Virus record (IMG/VR): IMGVR_UViG_3300006755_000004
Coordinates: 1-50,989 of that record
From: a virus
Lineage: Duplodnaviria > Caudoviricetes
Reading direction: 5' to 3' (one strand)
DNA: 50,989 bases
The position numbers and the translations under genes are program-made. This document shows positions 32,134-42,069 of this stretch, one piece after another. The notes beneath the pieces were generated by a model. The model was not told where the DNA came from. It did not search any database and saw only the letters and a list, made by a program, of their open reading frames with translations. Each line of letters opens with the position of its first letter. Position 1 is the stretch's first letter.

Positions 32134-32328
32134 ATGCCGGTTCAGAAGGTCAAGGGCGGCTACAGGTGGGGCACGACCGGGACGGTGTACACGACCCGGA
32201 AGGCAGCCGAGATGCAGGGCGCAGCGATCGAAGCGGGTCGGGCGCAGCACACCATCCGGTGGCCCGCCAAGAAGGGCACGGAGAAGAAGGCACCAGGGTC
32301 GAAGCCGATCAGGTGGACCACGGGCTGA
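32134..32328 (+). CDS. small basic phage protein
   Basis: MPVQKVKGGYRWGTTGTVY; GGAGGT RBS; this type of N-terminus is common near terminase genes. Confidence 0.6.
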   Translation: MPVQKVKGGYRWGTTGTVYTTRKAAEMQGAAIEAGRAQHTIRWPAKKGTEKKAPGSKPIRWTTG

Positions 32329-32420
32329 GTACGTGCACGTCGTGCTGGTTCGACTCCCACACGGGTTGCGTCGGGCCAGCACGGTGCGGTTGTTGGAAGT
32401 GCAAGGAGAGGCGAGAGCAG

Positions 32421-32660
32421 ATGGACCAGGACACGGTCGACAGGCACACGACCGACTGGGAGCGCATCCGAGAGGCTGTGGCGTTCCTGGACCCCAACGA
32501 GGACGAGTGGCTGATCGTCCGCAAGGTGGACTGCCCCGGCTGTGGCAACACCTATGCCATGGTGCTGTCCACCGGCGCTGTGGTCCACTACGGCAAGCGG
32601 CACAAGGGCTGCGACATCACGATCGTCACGGACGCAGAGGAGCAGATCACCAATGGCTGA
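32421..32660 (+). CDS. hypothetical protein
   Basis: MDQDTVD...CPGC. Confidence 0.55.
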   Translation: MDQDTVDRHTTDWERIREAVAFLDPNEDEWLIVRKVDCPGCGNTYAMVLSTGAVVHYGKRHKGCDITIVTDAEEQITNG

Positions 32661-33000
32661 GGCATCGCTGGAGGTCAACGTGTCAAGCGAGGTGGAGTTC
32701 ACGGTCGGCGAGAAGACGGCGGCCTGGCTCGTGTCCCTGGGGTGGACGCCTCCGCCGGTCGAGGCCGAACCGGGCGCTGGCAGCGACATGGTCGTCAACA
32801 CCCAGGCTCCGTACGCGTCCATGGGCGAGGCGATGGAGGCCATGAACGGTCGACAGGCCGCCAAGTACCAGGCGCAGCAGGACTACCAGGCCATGAAGGC
32901 GGAGCTGTCGTCTCCTGAGCGGCTCGACGCGCTGCTGGCGTTCTTCGGAGTGCAGCTCCCTCGGTTCATCGGAACGCCGGATGCCTCGGCTGAGTCCTGA
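32653..33000 (+). CDS. hypothetical protein
   Basis: MAEASLEV...; GAGGAG RBS. Confidence 0.65.
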   Translation: MAEASLEVNVSSEVEFTVGEKTAAWLVSLGWTPPPVEAEPGAGSDMVVNTQAPYASMGEAMEAMNGRQAAKYQAQQDYQAMKAELSSPERLDALLAFFGVQLPRFIGTPDASAES

Positions 33001-33277
33001 ACAGAAGGAGGCTTACGCGGAGCTGGAGCGCGCTGTGGACAAGGTGCTCCGGCTCCGTGGGGCCGAAGGGATCCTGACCGAGTACGTCACGCTCTGCGGG
33101 GTCCAGACGATAGACGACGAGGGTGACACAGCCGGTTCCGTCATGATGATCCTGCCAATGGGCGGTGGACTTCCGTACCACAGGGTCATGGGCCTGCTGG
33201 ACTACTCACACACCGTGCTGCGCGCTGAGGTGGCGCGTAACGAACTGGGGATGGGCAATGACGACGAGGCTGGCTGA
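32981..33277 (+). CDS. hypothetical protein (98 aa)
   Basis: Overlaps both neighbours; coding-like composition. Confidence 0.65.
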   Translation: MPRLSPEQKEAYAELERAVDKVLRLRGAEGILTEYVTLCGVQTIDDEGDTAGSVMMILPMGGGLPYHRVMGLLDYSHTVLRAEVARNELGMGNDDEAG

Positions 33278-34862
33278 CTACTTCCAGGACGTGGCAGACG
33301 CCATGTGCGACGGCTCTGTTGAGGCGCTCCGCATGTTGCTGGGCACGTCGGTCGGCAGGCGCTATCTCACCGTGGACGAGCCGCTCCTGTTCGCCCTGGC
33401 CTACATGCCACACTCGCTCAAGATGCCTGCGCCCATGGAGGACATCGCGGACGGGGCGGACTCCGAGGTCGGCGTCATCTCCATGTCGGAGTTCCACTGG
33501 GACCTCTGCGAGAAGGCGCGCGAGTGGAGTGAGAAGCCTGCCAGCCAGTTCGGACCGGCGGAGATGCGGGACGCCTTCATCGCACCCCGAGATGCCGGCA
33601 AGTCCACGTGGCTGTTCAAGATCCTGCCGATGTGGGCTGCTGCTCACGGCCACGTTCAGTTCGTTGCTGCGTTCGCCGACTCCGGGCCGCAGGCCAAGAA
33701 GCACCTGTCCAGCTTCAAGCGAGAGCTGGAGGCGAACCCGCTACTCCAGTCGGACTTCCCGGACCTCTGCCAGCCGCTCAAGAGGCGTGGCAACGTCAAC
33801 GTGGCCGACACCCAGGACCTGTACCAGGCGCAGTCGGGGTTCGTGTTCGCAGCTGGAGGCGCGGACGTCTCGGTCCTGGGTATGAAGGTCGAGGACAAGC
33901 GGCCGGACCTTCTGATCCTGGACGACCTTGAGCCGGACGAGGCCAGCTACTCCGAGTATCAGATGGAGCAGAGGCGCGGCACCCTGACCGACGCCATCCT
34001 GCCGCTCAACATCCGAGCCCGCGTCATCCTGGCTGGCACCGTCACCATGCCTGGATCGATCACACACCAGTTGGTCAAGGCTGCTGCGGCGCAGCGAGGC
34101 GATCTGCCCGAGGACGAGATCGAAGAGTGGATCGCCACAGAGAAGTTCCGTGTGCACCACTACAAGCCGATCAAGATGGACGACGAGGGCAACGAGTCCA
34201 GCCTGTGGCCGGAGAAGTGGCCGATGGACTGGCTCAACTCGGTGCGCCACACCCGCTCGTTCGCCAAGAACTACGAGAACGACCCGCTCGCCGTTGACGG
34301 CCAGTACTGGACTCGTGACGACTTCACCTATGGCACGCTGCCGTGCGCGATCACTGTGCTCTCTGTGGACGGTGCCGTGACCGACAAGAAGAAGTCGGAC
34401 TTCACGGGCCTGGCCGTGGTCGGCGCCACGTTGGGCAAGCCTGGTGATCCGAGGCGCAAGTGCGAGGTCAAGTACGCCGTGGGCGTCAAGCTCCTGGGCA
34501 AGGCGCTGCGAGCCAAGATCCTCCAGATCATTGAGATGTACCCCGAGATCAGCATCATCATGGTCGAGGCGAACCAGGGCGGCGAGCTGTGGCGCGAGGT
34601 GATGCACGACATGCCGGTCAAGGTGGTCCTGTTCAACAACAGCGAGCCCAAGGAGGTCCGAGCCGGTAAGGTGCACGCGCTGTACCAGAGGATCCCGACC
34701 CGCGTCCTGCACACGCAGCGCCTTCAGCAGGCCGAGGAGAACCTGGTCGGATTCCCCAAGCTCAAGCATGACGACATTGTTGACGCCATCGGCAATGCCG
34801 TGCTCAAGCTCCTCAACCCGGCCAAGGTGGCGCAGCGCAAGGCTCGATCAGTGGGCTATTGA
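33258..34862 (+). CDS. terL: terminase large subunit
   Basis: Walker A APRDAGKST, Walker B LLILDDLE, nuclease SVDGA, VEANQGG, HDDIVDA. Confidence 0.92.
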   Translation: MTTRLADYFQDVADAMCDGSVEALRMLLGTSVGRRYLTVDEPLLFALAYMPHSLKMPAPMEDIADGADSEVGVISMSEFHWDLCEKAREWSEKPASQFGPAEMRDAFIAPRDAGKSTWLFKILPMWAAAHGHVQFVAAFADSGPQAKKHLSSFKRELEANPLLQSDFPDLCQPLKRRGNVNVADTQDLYQAQSGFVFAAGGADVSVLGMKVEDKRPDLLILDDLEPDEASYSEYQMEQRRGTLTDAILPLNIRARVILAGTVTMPGSITHQLVKAAAAQRGDLPEDEIEEWIATEKFRVHHYKPIKMDDEGNESSLWPEKWPMDWLNSVRHTRSFAKNYENDPLAVDGQYWTRDDFTYGTLPCAITVLSVDGAVTDKKKSDFTGLAVVGATLGKPGDPRRKCEVKYAVGVKLLGKALRAKILQIIEMYPEISIIMVEANQGGELWREVMHDMPVKVVLFNNSEPKEVRAGKVHALYQRIPTRVLHTQRLQQAEENLVGFPKLKHDDIVDAIGNAVLKLLNPAKVAQRKARSVGY

Positions 34863-34910
34863 TAAACTCCATTACGCACAATTGAACAAAAGCAGTCGCT
34901 CATGAGAGTC

Positions 34911-34960
34911 GGGGTATCATTGGCCCCATTGCGCAGCAATGATCCGGCCCTGGGTGGGGC
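34911..34960 (+). promoter_or_regulatory. putative late promoter/leader of the portal operon
   Basis: GGGGTATCATTG and GCCCTGGGTGGGGC, both shared with the capsid leader. Confidence 0.55.
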
Positions 34961-35037
34961 CTTCACAGGCCCTGGCTGGGGCATAGCTGGACCTTATCCC
35001 TGGCTGTGCCACAGTCATATTCGAGGGAGGGTCCACA

Positions 35038-36591
35038 ATGCCGAACCTGAAGCTGCTCCGCCACTCCCTGAAGGAGTTGGAGGAGGCACGTCCCGGCTAC
35101 ATCGAGGCCGATCGATTCTACAAGGGCACGTTCGCTGAGCCCTTTCAGTCGCTGGTGATGCAGCGCCTTCTGGTCCGCAAGGAGGTCAACTACAAGGCCG
35201 TGCTCAGCGCGGTCCCGGTTGACGCCGTTGTGGAGAAGCTGGAGATCGTCGACATCCAGTCGTCCGACGAGGAGATCACGCAGTTCCTCCAGGACGAGGT
35301 CTGGAAGGCCAACCAGCTCCAGTTCGTCCACAAGACCGCGATCCTGGCCGCCGAGAAGTTCGGCGACGCCTACATCTTCGTGTGGCCGGAGTACGACGAC
35401 GAGGAGCAGGTCGTCAGCGAGGAGGGCGACGGCTCGGACGAGGCCGCAGCCCAGGTCATCACCGGCATCGTGGCGAGCTACCAGAGCCCGCTCAAGGTGC
35501 GTGTGTTCTATGACGACCTCAACCCCGCGCGCAAGACCCACGCCGTCAAGGAGCTCAAGACCGGCAAGGGCAAGCAGAAGTGCGCGTGGCTGTACCTGGA
35601 CGACGGCACGATCGAGTACTACGAGACGCCGGTCAACAAGTGCGGCATCGAGGACTTCGTCTACGTCGAGGACCGGGACAACCCGACGGGAGGCATCCCG
35701 TTCGTGCACCTGCGCAACGACCTGCCCTATGGCTGCCCGCTGCACCTCAAGGCGTATGGGCCGCAGAACCAGATCACCAAGTTCCTCGTGAACGAGGTGT
35801 CGGGCTCGGACTTCAACGCCTTCCCGCAGCGCTGGGCTCTGGCCAAGACGCGCAGCACCAACGGCGGCGACGACATCGACTGGTCGGGTCAGGACGACAC
35901 CGTGCCGGACGGGCGCAGCAACGACAACCTGTCCACGCTGGTGTCTGGACCGGGGCGCATCTGGGACCTGTCGGGCTTCGACTCGGTGGGGCAGTTCAAC
36001 AGCGCTGACGTGGACCAGTACATCAAGCCGCTGGACAAGGCGGTTGAGCTGATGGCCGCCGCCACGAACACGCCTGTGTACTACTTCAAGGCGGACAACG
36101 TTGGAGGCGGCACGCCTTCCGGTGAGGCCGTCCGCCAGCGTGACGCCCGGCTCAACACCAAGACCGAGTGGCAGCAGAAGCTCCTGGACTCCCAGTTCGA
36201 GGAGCTGCTGTACATGTCGGCCGAGCTGGTGTACGAGGACATCGAGGATGTCTCGATCGCCATCAAGTGGAAGCCGATCGAGTACGTCCCAGAGGCCGAG
36301 AAGCTGGACATGGTCCAGAAGAAGATCGACCTCGGCATCCCTCCGGCCGTGGCGTTCGCTGAGGCGGGCTACGACGAGGAGACCGTCAGCCAGTGGCTGT
36401 CGGGCAAGCCGAACGATGTTGAGCTCCTGCGCCGTGTCACCCTGCTCAACCAGATGGGAGACGCTGTGCAGAAGATCGGCACTGCGGCCGCGCTGGGCAT
36501 CGATCTGTCGCAGGCCAACGAGCTGATCGCAGACCTGTTCGGCGACATCGCCGGGCTGAGGGAAACGAACACCGACGAGGAAGGCCAGTAA
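35038..36591 (+). CDS. portal protein (SPP1 gp6-like)
   Basis: Position after terL; 517 aa; FYKG, FGDAY, AFPQRW, PSGEA motifs. Confidence 0.88.
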   Translation: MPNLKLLRHSLKELEEARPGYIEADRFYKGTFAEPFQSLVMQRLLVRKEVNYKAVLSAVPVDAVVEKLEIVDIQSSDEEITQFLQDEVWKANQLQFVHKTAILAAEKFGDAYIFVWPEYDDEEQVVSEEGDGSDEAAAQVITGIVASYQSPLKVRVFYDDLNPARKTHAVKELKTGKGKQKCAWLYLDDGTIEYYETPVNKCGIEDFVYVEDRDNPTGGIPFVHLRNDLPYGCPLHLKAYGPQNQITKFLVNEVSGSDFNAFPQRWALAKTRSTNGGDDIDWSGQDDTVPDGRSNDNLSTLVSGPGRIWDLSGFDSVGQFNSADVDQYIKPLDKAVELMAAATNTPVYYFKADNVGGGTPSGEAVRQRDARLNTKTEWQQKLLDSQFEELLYMSAELVYEDIEDVSIAIKWKPIEYVPEAEKLDMVQKKIDLGIPPAVAFAEAGYDEETVSQWLSGKPNDVELLRRVTLLNQMGDAVQKIGTAAALGIDLSQANELIADLFGDIAGLRETNTDEEGQ

Positions 36592-36593
36592 CC

Positions 36594-36986
36594 ATGTCCA
36601 CGGAAGCCATCGAGATCTTCCTGGCGAAGGGTCGCCAGGGTGTCCTGCTCCACAAGGACGACCTGAGCCGCGAGGAGAAGGACATCATCCGCGAGCGCTT
36701 CGGCGCGGAGGGCAGCGCGGGCGTCTGGTTCCTGGCGACCGACGAGACGCCGGACCCGGAGGACGAGGAGGCGGGCGACTTCGACGAGGAGCAGGAGCTC
36801 GACAAGGACCCGACCGTCACGGACGAGGACGGCGACGAGCCGACCATGGAGGACCTGCGCGGTCTAACGGTCGACCGACTCAAGGACCTCGCCGACAAGG
36901 AGGAGGTCGACCTGACCGGCCTCAAGCTCAAGGACGACATCCTGGGTCGACTGGCGCTGCACTTCGGCCTCGACCCGGCCAGCTGA
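36594..36986 (+). CDS. acidic protein with C-terminal HeH/Rho-N-like motif
   Basis: LTVDRLKDLADKEEVDLTGLKLKDDIL. Confidence 0.6.
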   Translation: MSTEAIEIFLAKGRQGVLLHKDDLSREEKDIIRERFGAEGSAGVWFLATDETPDPEDEEAGDFDEEQELDKDPTVTDEDGDEPTMEDLRGLTVDRLKDLADKEEVDLTGLKLKDDILGRLALHFGLDPAS

Positions 36987-36998
36987 CAGGGAGCGGAC

Positions 36999-38060
36999 AT
37001 GGCCGAGCGCATCGACGTTGACAAGCTGCTGGAGCTCGTGCAGCAGAAGCAGATCGAAGCCATCGCCAGTATCGAGGACAAGGCGATCAAGGCTGCGACC
37101 GAGAAGAGGTTCGCTGCGATCGACGATGCCGTGCGCTCGGCCACGACCAAGTGGGTGGAGGAGTTCGGCTCCATGTCTGCGGACGGAGCCGGACCCGCTC
37201 TCGACTCCATGATCAAGGAGGCGCTGGGTGCGAGCAACAAGGCGCTGTCCGGCCTTGAGGCGTCGACCATCTCAGCCCTCTCAGAGGCCGTAGGCGACGC
37301 TGTAACGACCGCGACGGAGCAGGGAGCGGCGTTCGTTGAGGGAGCCAGCGGCAAGGCCGCAGCGACCAAGGTAGCGGCTCCGCCTGTCGACCTGAAGGAT
37401 GCCCGTGCCGCCGTCAAGGCTGCGGTCGAGGACGGTCTCAAGGAGTCCAAGGCTCTGCTCAGGAAGCCTCTGGTCGAGCGTCTGGGGCTGCGTGGCCTGC
37501 TCAGCGGACTGCGCCGGGCTCGCAACGCTGTGGCGCGTGCACAGAGCACGATCACGACGACCGTCAACCAGCACGTGACCAAGACGATGCAGGCAACCTC
37601 GACGGCCAACAAGGCCAAGTACGAGGTGTGGGTATCTGAGCGAGACGCCTGCGTCAACTGCCTTGCATACGCGGGCAAGATCGTCCCGGCTGGAGGGAAC
37701 TGGCAGGAGGGGCTCAGCTTCGACCCCAAGCAGCGCGACCCCCAGCCGACCAAGGGCGGCAAGGGCGTGCGTCCGCCTCTGCATCCACATTGCCGATGCA
37801 GGCCCGTGCCGTGGGATCCAGCGTGGGCTCGTGAAGGCGAGGTAAGCTTGCCAGACGCGGTCACCCGTGAGGCGCAAAGATCCATCGCAAGGGGATTCTC
37901 ACTTCCATCCGAATCCAACGCGGCGAGGATCCGAGCACTGAAGGACATGCTGGCCAACGGCAATCCTCAGCTCCCGAAGACCGTGCTCGAACGGGCTCGT
38001 CGCGACTTGAAGAATGGCGAGTTCGCTCGGGGCCGGAGCGTTCCGACAAGCAACCCGTGA
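36999..38060 (+). CDS. MuF-like minor head/morphogenesis protein
   Basis: WVSERDACVNC and PPLHPHCRC motifs. Confidence 0.82.
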   Translation: MAERIDVDKLLELVQQKQIEAIASIEDKAIKAATEKRFAAIDDAVRSATTKWVEEFGSMSADGAGPALDSMIKEALGASNKALSGLEASTISALSEAVGDAVTTATEQGAAFVEGASGKAAATKVAAPPVDLKDARAAVKAAVEDGLKESKALLRKPLVERLGLRGLLSGLRRARNAVARAQSTITTTVNQHVTKTMQATSTANKAKYEVWVSERDACVNCLAYAGKIVPAGGNWQEGLSFDPKQRDPQPTKGGKGVRPPLHPHCRCRPVPWDPAWAREGEVSLPDAVTREAQRSIARGFSLPSESNAARIRALKDMLANGNPQLPKTVLERARRDLKNGEFARGRSVPTSNP

Positions 38061-38071
38061 GGTATCCACAG

Positions 38072-38965
38072 ATGATGAACAGCCTTCTCCGTCCCGGCCT
38101 GGCAGCGGCCAAGAGTGCAGGCTCCGGCCTGGACCTGCTGACCGCCTCGGGTGTCGACGGATACGAGCCTGGGTGGGCTCGCCCCTACGCCACGGACCCG
38201 TTCTCCCCGTTCTGGTACGCCTCGGGCGACGATGACGACGAGGACGAGGACGACGACAAGGGCGAGAAGGACGAGGACGACGAGGAGGACGACGACGAAG
38301 ACGACGATGACGAGGACAAGGGCAAGTCGGAAGACGAGCTCCGTGCCGAGGTCAAGCGTCTCCGCGCCGCCTACCTGAAGAAGCTCTCCAACTCCCGCAA
38401 CCGGGGCACGCGGCTCAAGGAGTCCGAGGCCGCGAGGACCAAGCTGGAGTCGGACTTCGCGTCCCTCCAGGAGCAGCTCGACGAGCTGAAGAAGACGGCG
38501 GGCAAGGAGGTCGACTCCGAGGCCGCGACGCGCCGCATCAACGAGCTCATCGAGAAGGCGCGTGAGGAGGGCAAGGAGTCGTTCAAGCCGACCGTCATCC
38601 GCATGGCCGTCCGTGCCGAGCTCATGGCGCAGGGTGCCCGGCCCAACGTCGTGGACCGCCTGGCCAAGATGATCGACGTCAACGACGTGGACATCGACGA
38701 CGAGGACGGCACCATCGACGTGACCGAGGCGGTCCTCGGCGTCAAGAAGGACATGCCGGAGATGTTCGGGCCGCGCAAGGCCACGACCACCCGGACCCGC
38801 AAGACCAAGGGCGACGGCGACGAGGGTGCAGGCAAGGGCTCCGGCTCGGGCTCTGGCTCCGCGCGCAAGGCCGGTGGAGCGGGCGGAAGCGACAAGGGTG
38901 GAGACGAGCGGAAGCTCACCGCCGCCGAGCGCGTCGCGAACCGTCTGCGTGGTATCAGCGACTAG
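38072..38965 (+). CDS. capsid scaffolding protein
   Basis: Acidic tract, coiled coil, K..MPEMFG; directly upstream of the capsid gene. Confidence 0.75.
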   Translation: MMNSLLRPGLAAAKSAGSGLDLLTASGVDGYEPGWARPYATDPFSPFWYASGDDDDEDEDDDKGEKDEDDEEDDDEDDDDEDKGKSEDELRAEVKRLRAAYLKKLSNSRNRGTRLKESEAARTKLESDFASLQEQLDELKKTAGKEVDSEAATRRINELIEKAREEGKESFKPTVIRMAVRAELMAQGARPNVVDRLAKMIDVNDVDIDDEDGTIDVTEAVLGVKKDMPEMFGPRKATTTRTRKTKGDGDEGAGKGSGSGSGSARKAGGAGGSDKGGDERKLTAAERVANRLRGISD

Positions 38966-38975
38966 TTCGCTGGAT

Positions 38976-39036
38976 GGGGTATCATTGCCCCCGAGCACGT
39001 CTGGCCTTGTGCCGGTGCAGCAGCCCTGGGTGGGGC
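38976..39036 (+). promoter_or_regulatory. putative late promoter/leader of the capsid gene
   Basis: Same GGGGTATCATTG and GCCCTGGGTGGGGC as at 34911-34960. Confidence 0.55.
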
Positions 39037-39094
39037 AACCCCTCACCTGGGGCTGTATGCATTTCCCGTAACGATTCCCTGGAAGGGAGCCCAC

Positions 39095-40168
39095 ATGGAA
39101 TTCTCCATGACCGACTGGGCGGCACGCAAGGCCGAGTTCGCGGCCAAGCGCGCGTCGCAGTCCGTGTGGACCGAGTTCGAGCCCGGCGACGTCGTCGGCT
39201 TCAAGGCGGACGGCACCGCGATCCTCCACGTCGTCGGCGGTGCGGCCGACAACTTCGACGACTGGATCCCGGAGGAGATGGACTCCGCCGTCATCCAGCG
39301 GGTCAACCAGGTCTCCGCCGTCATGGCGTGGGGTCGGCACACCCCGATGGGTTCGGCGACCAAGAAGGTGCCGCGCTCCAGCGGCATGGAGGTCAAGACC
39401 CTCAACAAGTCCGGGCAGTACACGTCCAGCAACGACGAGAACGACGACGTCCTGCTGACGGCCCGGAAGCACACCGGCCTCCTGACCGTGGCCGAGGAGG
39501 ACCTCAACGACTCCGCCGCCGACATCATCGCGGCCAAGGAGATCGACTGGGCGACCTCGTACGGCAAGTACTTCGACAACGCGACGCTGGCCACGACCGC
39601 CGCCGAGTCCGCGCCGACCGTTCCCTACACCTCGGTGTACCGGGCGCTCACGCAGACCAACGCGACGACCGGCTACACCGCCAACGACAACATCGTCGGC
39701 ACCGTCACGGCGGGCTCCGTCGCGTACGACGAGCTGTCCGAGGCGCTGGGCCGGTACGAGGACGGCGACTACTTCGACGAGTCGATGTCGGTCGTCATCG
39801 CGCACCCGACCTTCCGCAAGCAGCTCCGCCAGATCAAGGACGACCAGGGCCAGCCCATCTTCGTCCGGGGTCAGGGCGGCGACGCGGGCACGCCTGACAC
39901 CGTGTTCGACATCCCGGTCCGCTGGTCGAACGGCTGCCGCCTGTCGGCCACGGCGACCCAGGGTCCGACCGGTGCCCCGATCATGGTCTTCGGCAACCGA
40001 GACTTCCTGATCATCGGCGACCGCTCCAACGTCGAGACCCAGCCGATCCCGGCGGCCATCTCGACCACGGACGAGGCCAACGTCAAGATCCGCGACCGCA
40101 AGGGCTTCGCCCTGGGTCACGAGAAGGCGTTCGCCATCCTGGTCGACGACGGCTCCGCGCTCAGCTGA
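39095..40168 (+). CDS. major capsid protein (HK97 fold)
   Basis: IPEE, ARKH...VAEEDLNDS, IKDDQGQPIF, VFGN, RKGF...AFA; strong codon bias. Confidence 0.88.
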   Translation: MEFSMTDWAARKAEFAAKRASQSVWTEFEPGDVVGFKADGTAILHVVGGAADNFDDWIPEEMDSAVIQRVNQVSAVMAWGRHTPMGSATKKVPRSSGMEVKTLNKSGQYTSSNDENDDVLLTARKHTGLLTVAEEDLNDSAADIIAAKEIDWATSYGKYFDNATLATTAAESAPTVPYTSVYRALTQTNATTGYTANDNIVGTVTAGSVAYDELSEALGRYEDGDYFDESMSVVIAHPTFRKQLRQIKDDQGQPIFVRGQGGDAGTPDTVFDIPVRWSNGCRLSATATQGPTGAPIMVFGNRDFLIIGDRSNVETQPIPAAISTTDEANVKIRDRKGFALGHEKAFAILVDDGSALS

Positions 40169-40208
40169 CCCGCCGAGGCCGCGTACGCCCCGTAGCGGCC
40201 TCCGGAGC

Positions 40209-40243
40209 GACGGCCCGGCCCCTTTCACCGGGACCGGGCCGTT
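40209..40243 (+). terminator. hairpin terminator after the capsid gene
   Basis: ACGGCCCGG...CCGGGCCGT followed by TCGTTCGTT. Confidence 0.65.
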
Positions 40244-40293
40244 CGTTCGTTACGCGCCCACGTAGACCCTCTTACGCCCCCAGGGAGGCCGCT

Positions 40294-40791
40294 GTGTCAA
40301 CGCCGGAGGAGACGTGCGCTGAGACCTGGGCCACCCCGGCCGAGGCGAGCACCATCACTGGAGTGTCGATCTTCCAGAGCGACCTGAACACCGCTCAGTC
40401 GATCATCGACCTCTTCACAGACATCCACTACGGCCTGAAGGACGAGCTGCAGCCGAGGACGCTGCGCATCCTGAAGCAGGCCGTCTCGTGGCAGGCCAAG
40501 TGGCAGAAGGAGCAGGGTGTCGAGGACTTCGGCACCGGCACCGAGAAGCAGAGCGAGACGCTCGGCGACTACAGTTACACCAATGGCTCCAGCGGTAGCG
40601 GCACGGGCGGCAGCGCAGAGGATTCTGCAATGCTGGCACCGATCGCTCAGCGCTGGATCACCAAGCTCCGTTGGAAGAGGACCAGGACCATGGACCCCCT
40701 GACCCCGACCGAGCGCGTGCTCACGGGTGACGGAGACATGGACGGCATCTTCCCGTGGGTGGAGCGCCCCGATCTCGGATCGAGGTACTGA
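40294..40791 (+). CDS. head-to-tail adaptor
   Basis: Position; LKQAVSWQ, SETLGDYSYT motif. Confidence 0.72.
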   Translation: MSTPEETCAETWATPAEASTITGVSIFQSDLNTAQSIIDLFTDIHYGLKDELQPRTLRILKQAVSWQAKWQKEQGVEDFGTGTEKQSETLGDYSYTNGSSGSGTGGSAEDSAMLAPIAQRWITKLRWKRTRTMDPLTPTERVLTGDGDMDGIFPWVERPDLGSRY

Positions 40792-40792
40792 C

Positions 40793-41134
40793 ATGAGCTT
40801 GGTGTCGCACCTGCTCAAGCAGACCGCCGATGTCTATCGGCGCACTGAAGTCTCGGACGGGCAAGGTGGGGTGTCGTACTCCTATGCCCTGCTCCAGAGC
40901 GGACGCAGAGTCAAGATTGACCAAGCGTCGGCCCGTGAGCAGTTCGAGGCGGAGCAGGCTGGTGCATCCCTGACCCACAAGGTGTACCAGAACCATGACG
41001 ACGACATCCAGCGCGGCGATGAGTTTCGCCAGGGCTCGGATCGTTTCCGTGTGATGAACGTCGTCAAACCTTCCACCGCTGGTGTGTATCTGCGCGCCGA
41101 CGTGGAGCTGATCCAGAGCGAGCAGGATAGCTGA
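40793..41134 (+). CDS. head-to-tail stopper (SPP1 gp16-like)
   Basis: R.TEVSDGQGG...DIQRGD...FRVMNV. Confidence 0.78.
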   Translation: MSLVSHLLKQTADVYRRTEVSDGQGGVSYSYALLQSGRRVKIDQASAREQFEAEQAGASLTHKVYQNHDDDIQRGDEFRQGSDRFRVMNVVKPSTAGVYLRADVELIQSEQDS

Positions 41135-41135
41135 C

Positions 41136-41315
41136 ATGGCCGACGACGACGTGAAGCCCGCTGCGGCGGAGAAGCCGATCGGCCCCACCGAGGCGCGAGA
41201 GCGGGCGGAAGCTGCTGCCCGCGCCGGGAGCTGGGATGAGTCGACAGCCTGGTCGCTGCTCGGCCTGCTCGCTCTGGAACAGCGGAAGGGAACAGGTGGT
41301 CGCCGTGGGCATTAG
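41136..41315 (+). CDS. hypothetical protein (59 aa)
   Basis: MADDDVKPAAAEK...; fills the gap between neck genes. Confidence 0.5.
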   Translation: MADDDVKPAAAEKPIGPTEARERAEAAARAGSWDESTAWSLLGLLALEQRKGTGGRRGH

Positions 41316-41655
41316 GGCTCGTGGGCTTCAAGGTGCACAGCAGCGTCTCCGCCAGCTGTCCGACCGGATCGCTGGTGTCACCGACGAGGCCGTGGCAGAG
41401 TTCGCTGCGGACGTCGAGACGCACATGAAGGGCGTCGTGCCCGTCGACACAGGACGGCTGCGCGACTCCATCGAGACCAAGAAGGTCGGCGATGGCTACA
41501 CCGTTGGGCCACGTGGTGTCGAGTACGCCGCATTCGTGGAGAACGGTACCAGCCGGAGCCCGGCTCAGCCGTACATCGCGCCGACGATCCAGTGGGCGCG
41601 TCAGGAAGGACCGAAGCGCATCGCGCGCCGCATCGAGGGGGAGATCAGCGAATGA
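41296..41655 (+). CDS. HK97 gp10-like neck/tail-completion protein
   Basis: PVDTGRLRDSI, YAAFVENGT, AQPYIAP. Confidence 0.85.
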   Translation: MVAVGIRARGLQGAQQRLRQLSDRIAGVTDEAVAEFAADVETHMKGVVPVDTGRLRDSIETKKVGDGYTVGPRGVEYAAFVENGTSRSPAQPYIAPTIQWARQEGPKRIARRIEGEISE

Positions 41656-42065
41656 CCACTCCTGTTGCTGCTGGTCCGTTCAACGAGCTCCTCAAGGGGC
41701 TGTACACCGCGCTGAACGGCGAGATCTCGGCCGGTGTGTACGACGACGTTCCCGAAGATATCTCCAAGCCGTATGTCACGATGGGCGAGATGTTCTCCAT
41801 CCCTGACAACTGGCATGGCGGATTCGGCTGGGACATTCTCTCCACGCTCCATGTGTGGACCAAAGCGCGAGGATTCAAGACGGCGATCGACGTCGCCAAC
41901 GAGATCATCGCGAAACTCGACCACCAGCTCCCGGCCATTGAGTTGCCGGACTCGTGGTATATCGTTTCGATCCGTTTCGTGCAGCTGAGTACGCTGCGCG
42001 ACCCGGACCCCGAGATCCGCCACGTTCCGGTACAATTCCGGATAGTGATTCACCAGGAGGTGTAA
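41652..42065 (+). CDS. tail terminator (DUF3168-like)
   Basis: VYDDVPE..KPYVTMG, LHVWT; position before the major tail gene. Confidence 0.8.
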   Translation: MTTPVAAGPFNELLKGLYTALNGEISAGVYDDVPEDISKPYVTMGEMFSIPDNWHGGFGWDILSTLHVWTKARGFKTAIDVANEIIAKLDHQLPAIELPDSWYIVSIRFVQLSTLRDPDPEIRHVPVQFRIVIHQEV

Positions 42066-42069
42066 CCCA

